A stretch of 64,000 nt of DNA, taken from the NCBI GenBank assembly GCA_964016885.1, contig OZ024743.1, positions 261,392,001 through 261,456,000 of the forward strand, given 5' to 3'. Numbering within the stretch: position 1 is the stretch's first letter; every line of letters begins with the position of its first letter. Made by a program: the position numbers and the translations under genes. The DNA is from Eledone cirrhosa (lineage: Eukaryota). Positions 61,923-64,000 of this stretch are shown piece by piece. A model generated the notes under the pieces. The model was not told the origin of the DNA. It worked only from the letters and a program-made list of their open reading frames with translations, and searched no databases.

Positions 61923-63149
61923 GTTAGTGTCATATTCTCTTTTCATTAGTATACGTGTGTGTGCGTGTGTGTGTGTGCATCAGTTTGCCTGCTTGTGTAT
62001 GTATGTGTGTGTGCGTGTGTGTGGGTCATTATCATCCTCATCATTTAACTGAAGTTTTCCCTGCTAGCAATAGTTGGATAATTCTTCACAGAATGAATTA
62101 GTACAAAAGTATGGCTACTGGCCTCTTGTGCTGGTGGCCTGCATCAATGCTTACATATATCCCCATGCACTGCCAAGTATATATATCTTCTTATATAAGG
62201 TAAGTAAAAAAAAAAAAAACATGAAAATATAACAATATCAGACAAGAGTACACTGCAATAGTGGTACAATGTTATAATTGTTTCTACTTTTGGCACAAGG
62301 CCAACAATTATCGAAGTGTATTACTGGTACTTTATTTTATTGACCCCGTAAGGATGGATGGCAAAGTTAACCTTGGTGGGATTTGAACTCAGACCATATA
62401 GGGCCGTAACTCTTGGCTGCAGAGCATGGTACAATAATATAATTGTTTCTACTTTTGGCACAAGGCCAGCAATTATCTCAGTACATTACTGGTACTTTAT
62501 TTTATCGACCTCGAAAGGATGAAAGGCAAAGTGAACCTCGGCGGGATTTGAACTCAGTCTATAAGGGGGCGTAAGTCTATGCTGCAAAGCATGGCATCCA
62601 ACTTTCTACCGATACTGCCAATCCCCCAATGCTTATAAGAAGTTAGAAAAGAATCGTAACATTTTGGACGCTAGTTCTTCATTGGAAAAGCAGAGAGAAG
62701 ACTTTTGGGAGAGAGTAGAAAAAGGGAAGATAGACGATAGAAGAAAAAAAAAGAGAAATTGCCCACAAATCAGAAGTGTTTATTTTTGATATGCATAAAT
62801 ACAGAAGACCCGCCTTCCCATGTGCACAGGTTGAAGCATACATCTAGTATGCACCACCTTCCCCTCCACCCCACCCCACCCGTGTGCACAGACTAAAGCA
62901 TACATCTACTATGCACCAACTTCCCCTCCTTCAGCCTTTCTATACACCTCCATGTCGTAACACCCCACACACATCCTACTGTAAATGTGGAAGGGCATCC
63001 AGCCATAGAAACCAAGCCAAGATCAGTTCTGTATGTGCAAGACATGGTCACCTGACCTGGCTTGTATCACAACAGGATAACTTGTCTAACCTATGGTAGT
63101 GTGCAAAATGGACGTTAAACAGTGATGGTGATAGATATATATATATATA

Positions 63150-64000
63150 TCATCATCATCATCGTTTTACGTCGATTCTTCCACTCTAGCATGGGTTAGA
63201 TGGGTTGTCCTGTTGTGGGCAGTGTCTGGTCGTCTGACCTTGTCTTGCTCATACAGGAACTGATTTTGGCTTGATTTCTACAGCTGGATGCCCTTCCTAA
63301 CACCAACCTCATTTACAGTGAGCACTGGGTGCTTTTTTCCGTGGCGCCTACACGCCCACTTTATAGTGTGGTCTGGGTGCTTTTTTGTTGTGACACCTCC
63401 ACGACCACTTTGAAGCGGGAGGGGATGGGGGCATATTACCTATATGCTTCGGCTAGTTCCCGTGGAATGTCGGGTCTTCTATATTACTGTGTGACGCCAG
63501 AGGTCATGGTCCTGTGTCATTGCCGTTGAGAGGTGCAATTGGGCAAGGTCCGCTTTTATCACCTCATCCCAGGTCTTCTTGGGTCTCCCTACTCCACAGC
63601 TTCCATCAACTTTTAGTGCTCTGCACCTTTTTATGCAGCTGTCATCCTTCATACGCATTACATATCCATACCAACGCAACCTCCTCTGCTGCACACAGCA
63701 TTTGATTCCTCTGATGCTCAGTCTCTCTCTCAATTCGTTTATGCTTTGCTGTTCGTATTACACATCCATCGGAGCATGCAAGCTTCGTTTCTTTCTAATC
63801 TACGCAAGTCTTCTATGCACAGTGCTCAGGTATTACTACCATGTAACATTGCTGTTCGTATGCACGCATCATACAGTTTGCCTTTCATTCTGAGGGAGAA
63901 GTCTTTTGTAGCCAGCAGTGGTAGTAGCTCCCTGAACTTCTTCCATCCATTCTTATTCTGGCTACTGTACTTTCGGAACACCCACCACACCTGCTAATTT
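63150..64000 (-). mobile_element. RTE-clade LINE 3' end, continuing beyond the window
   Basis: RRLRWYGYVMRM..VGRPKKTWDEV; (CAT)n tail at 63150; same family as 48100-49895. Confidence 0.92.

Overview
Eukaryotic, AT-rich, repeat-dominated genomic DNA. The tRNA-derived SINE families, RTE LINEs with (ATG)n tails and dense (TA)n microsatellites look like an octopus (coleoid cephalopod) genome; this is inferred, not proven. Two host genes are supported. (1) An intronless, divergent EB1/MAPRE-like gene (4850-5770, minus). (2) The 5' part of a multi-exon class I cytokine receptor gene of gp130/Domeless type (plus; 8 phase-compatible coding exons from 41151 to 61922, about 399 codons, continuing past the window), which the ORF track only shows as fragments. 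The rest is transposable elements: an L1/Tx1 remnant, a compact Gypsy LTR element with a 5-bp TSD, a non-autonomous tRNA-Trp-primed LTR element plus a solo LTR, several CRE-clade, RTE and CR1 fragments, SINEs, two mariners, pogo and piggyBac-like MITEs, and Merlin and Helitron fragments. The most unusual signals are: (a) short non-coding, (TA)n-anchored foldback elements carrying minimal type I hammerhead ribozyme motifs, three of which share an atypical U.U at the base of stem II, one enclosing a captured internal piece of an RTE LINE; (b) a Gypsy element whose primer-binding site is complementary to the first 12 nt of tRNA-Phe rather than a tRNA 3' end; (c) the divergent cytokine receptor lacking WSXWS. 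All calls were made by eye, and the boundaries of degraded repeats are approximate.
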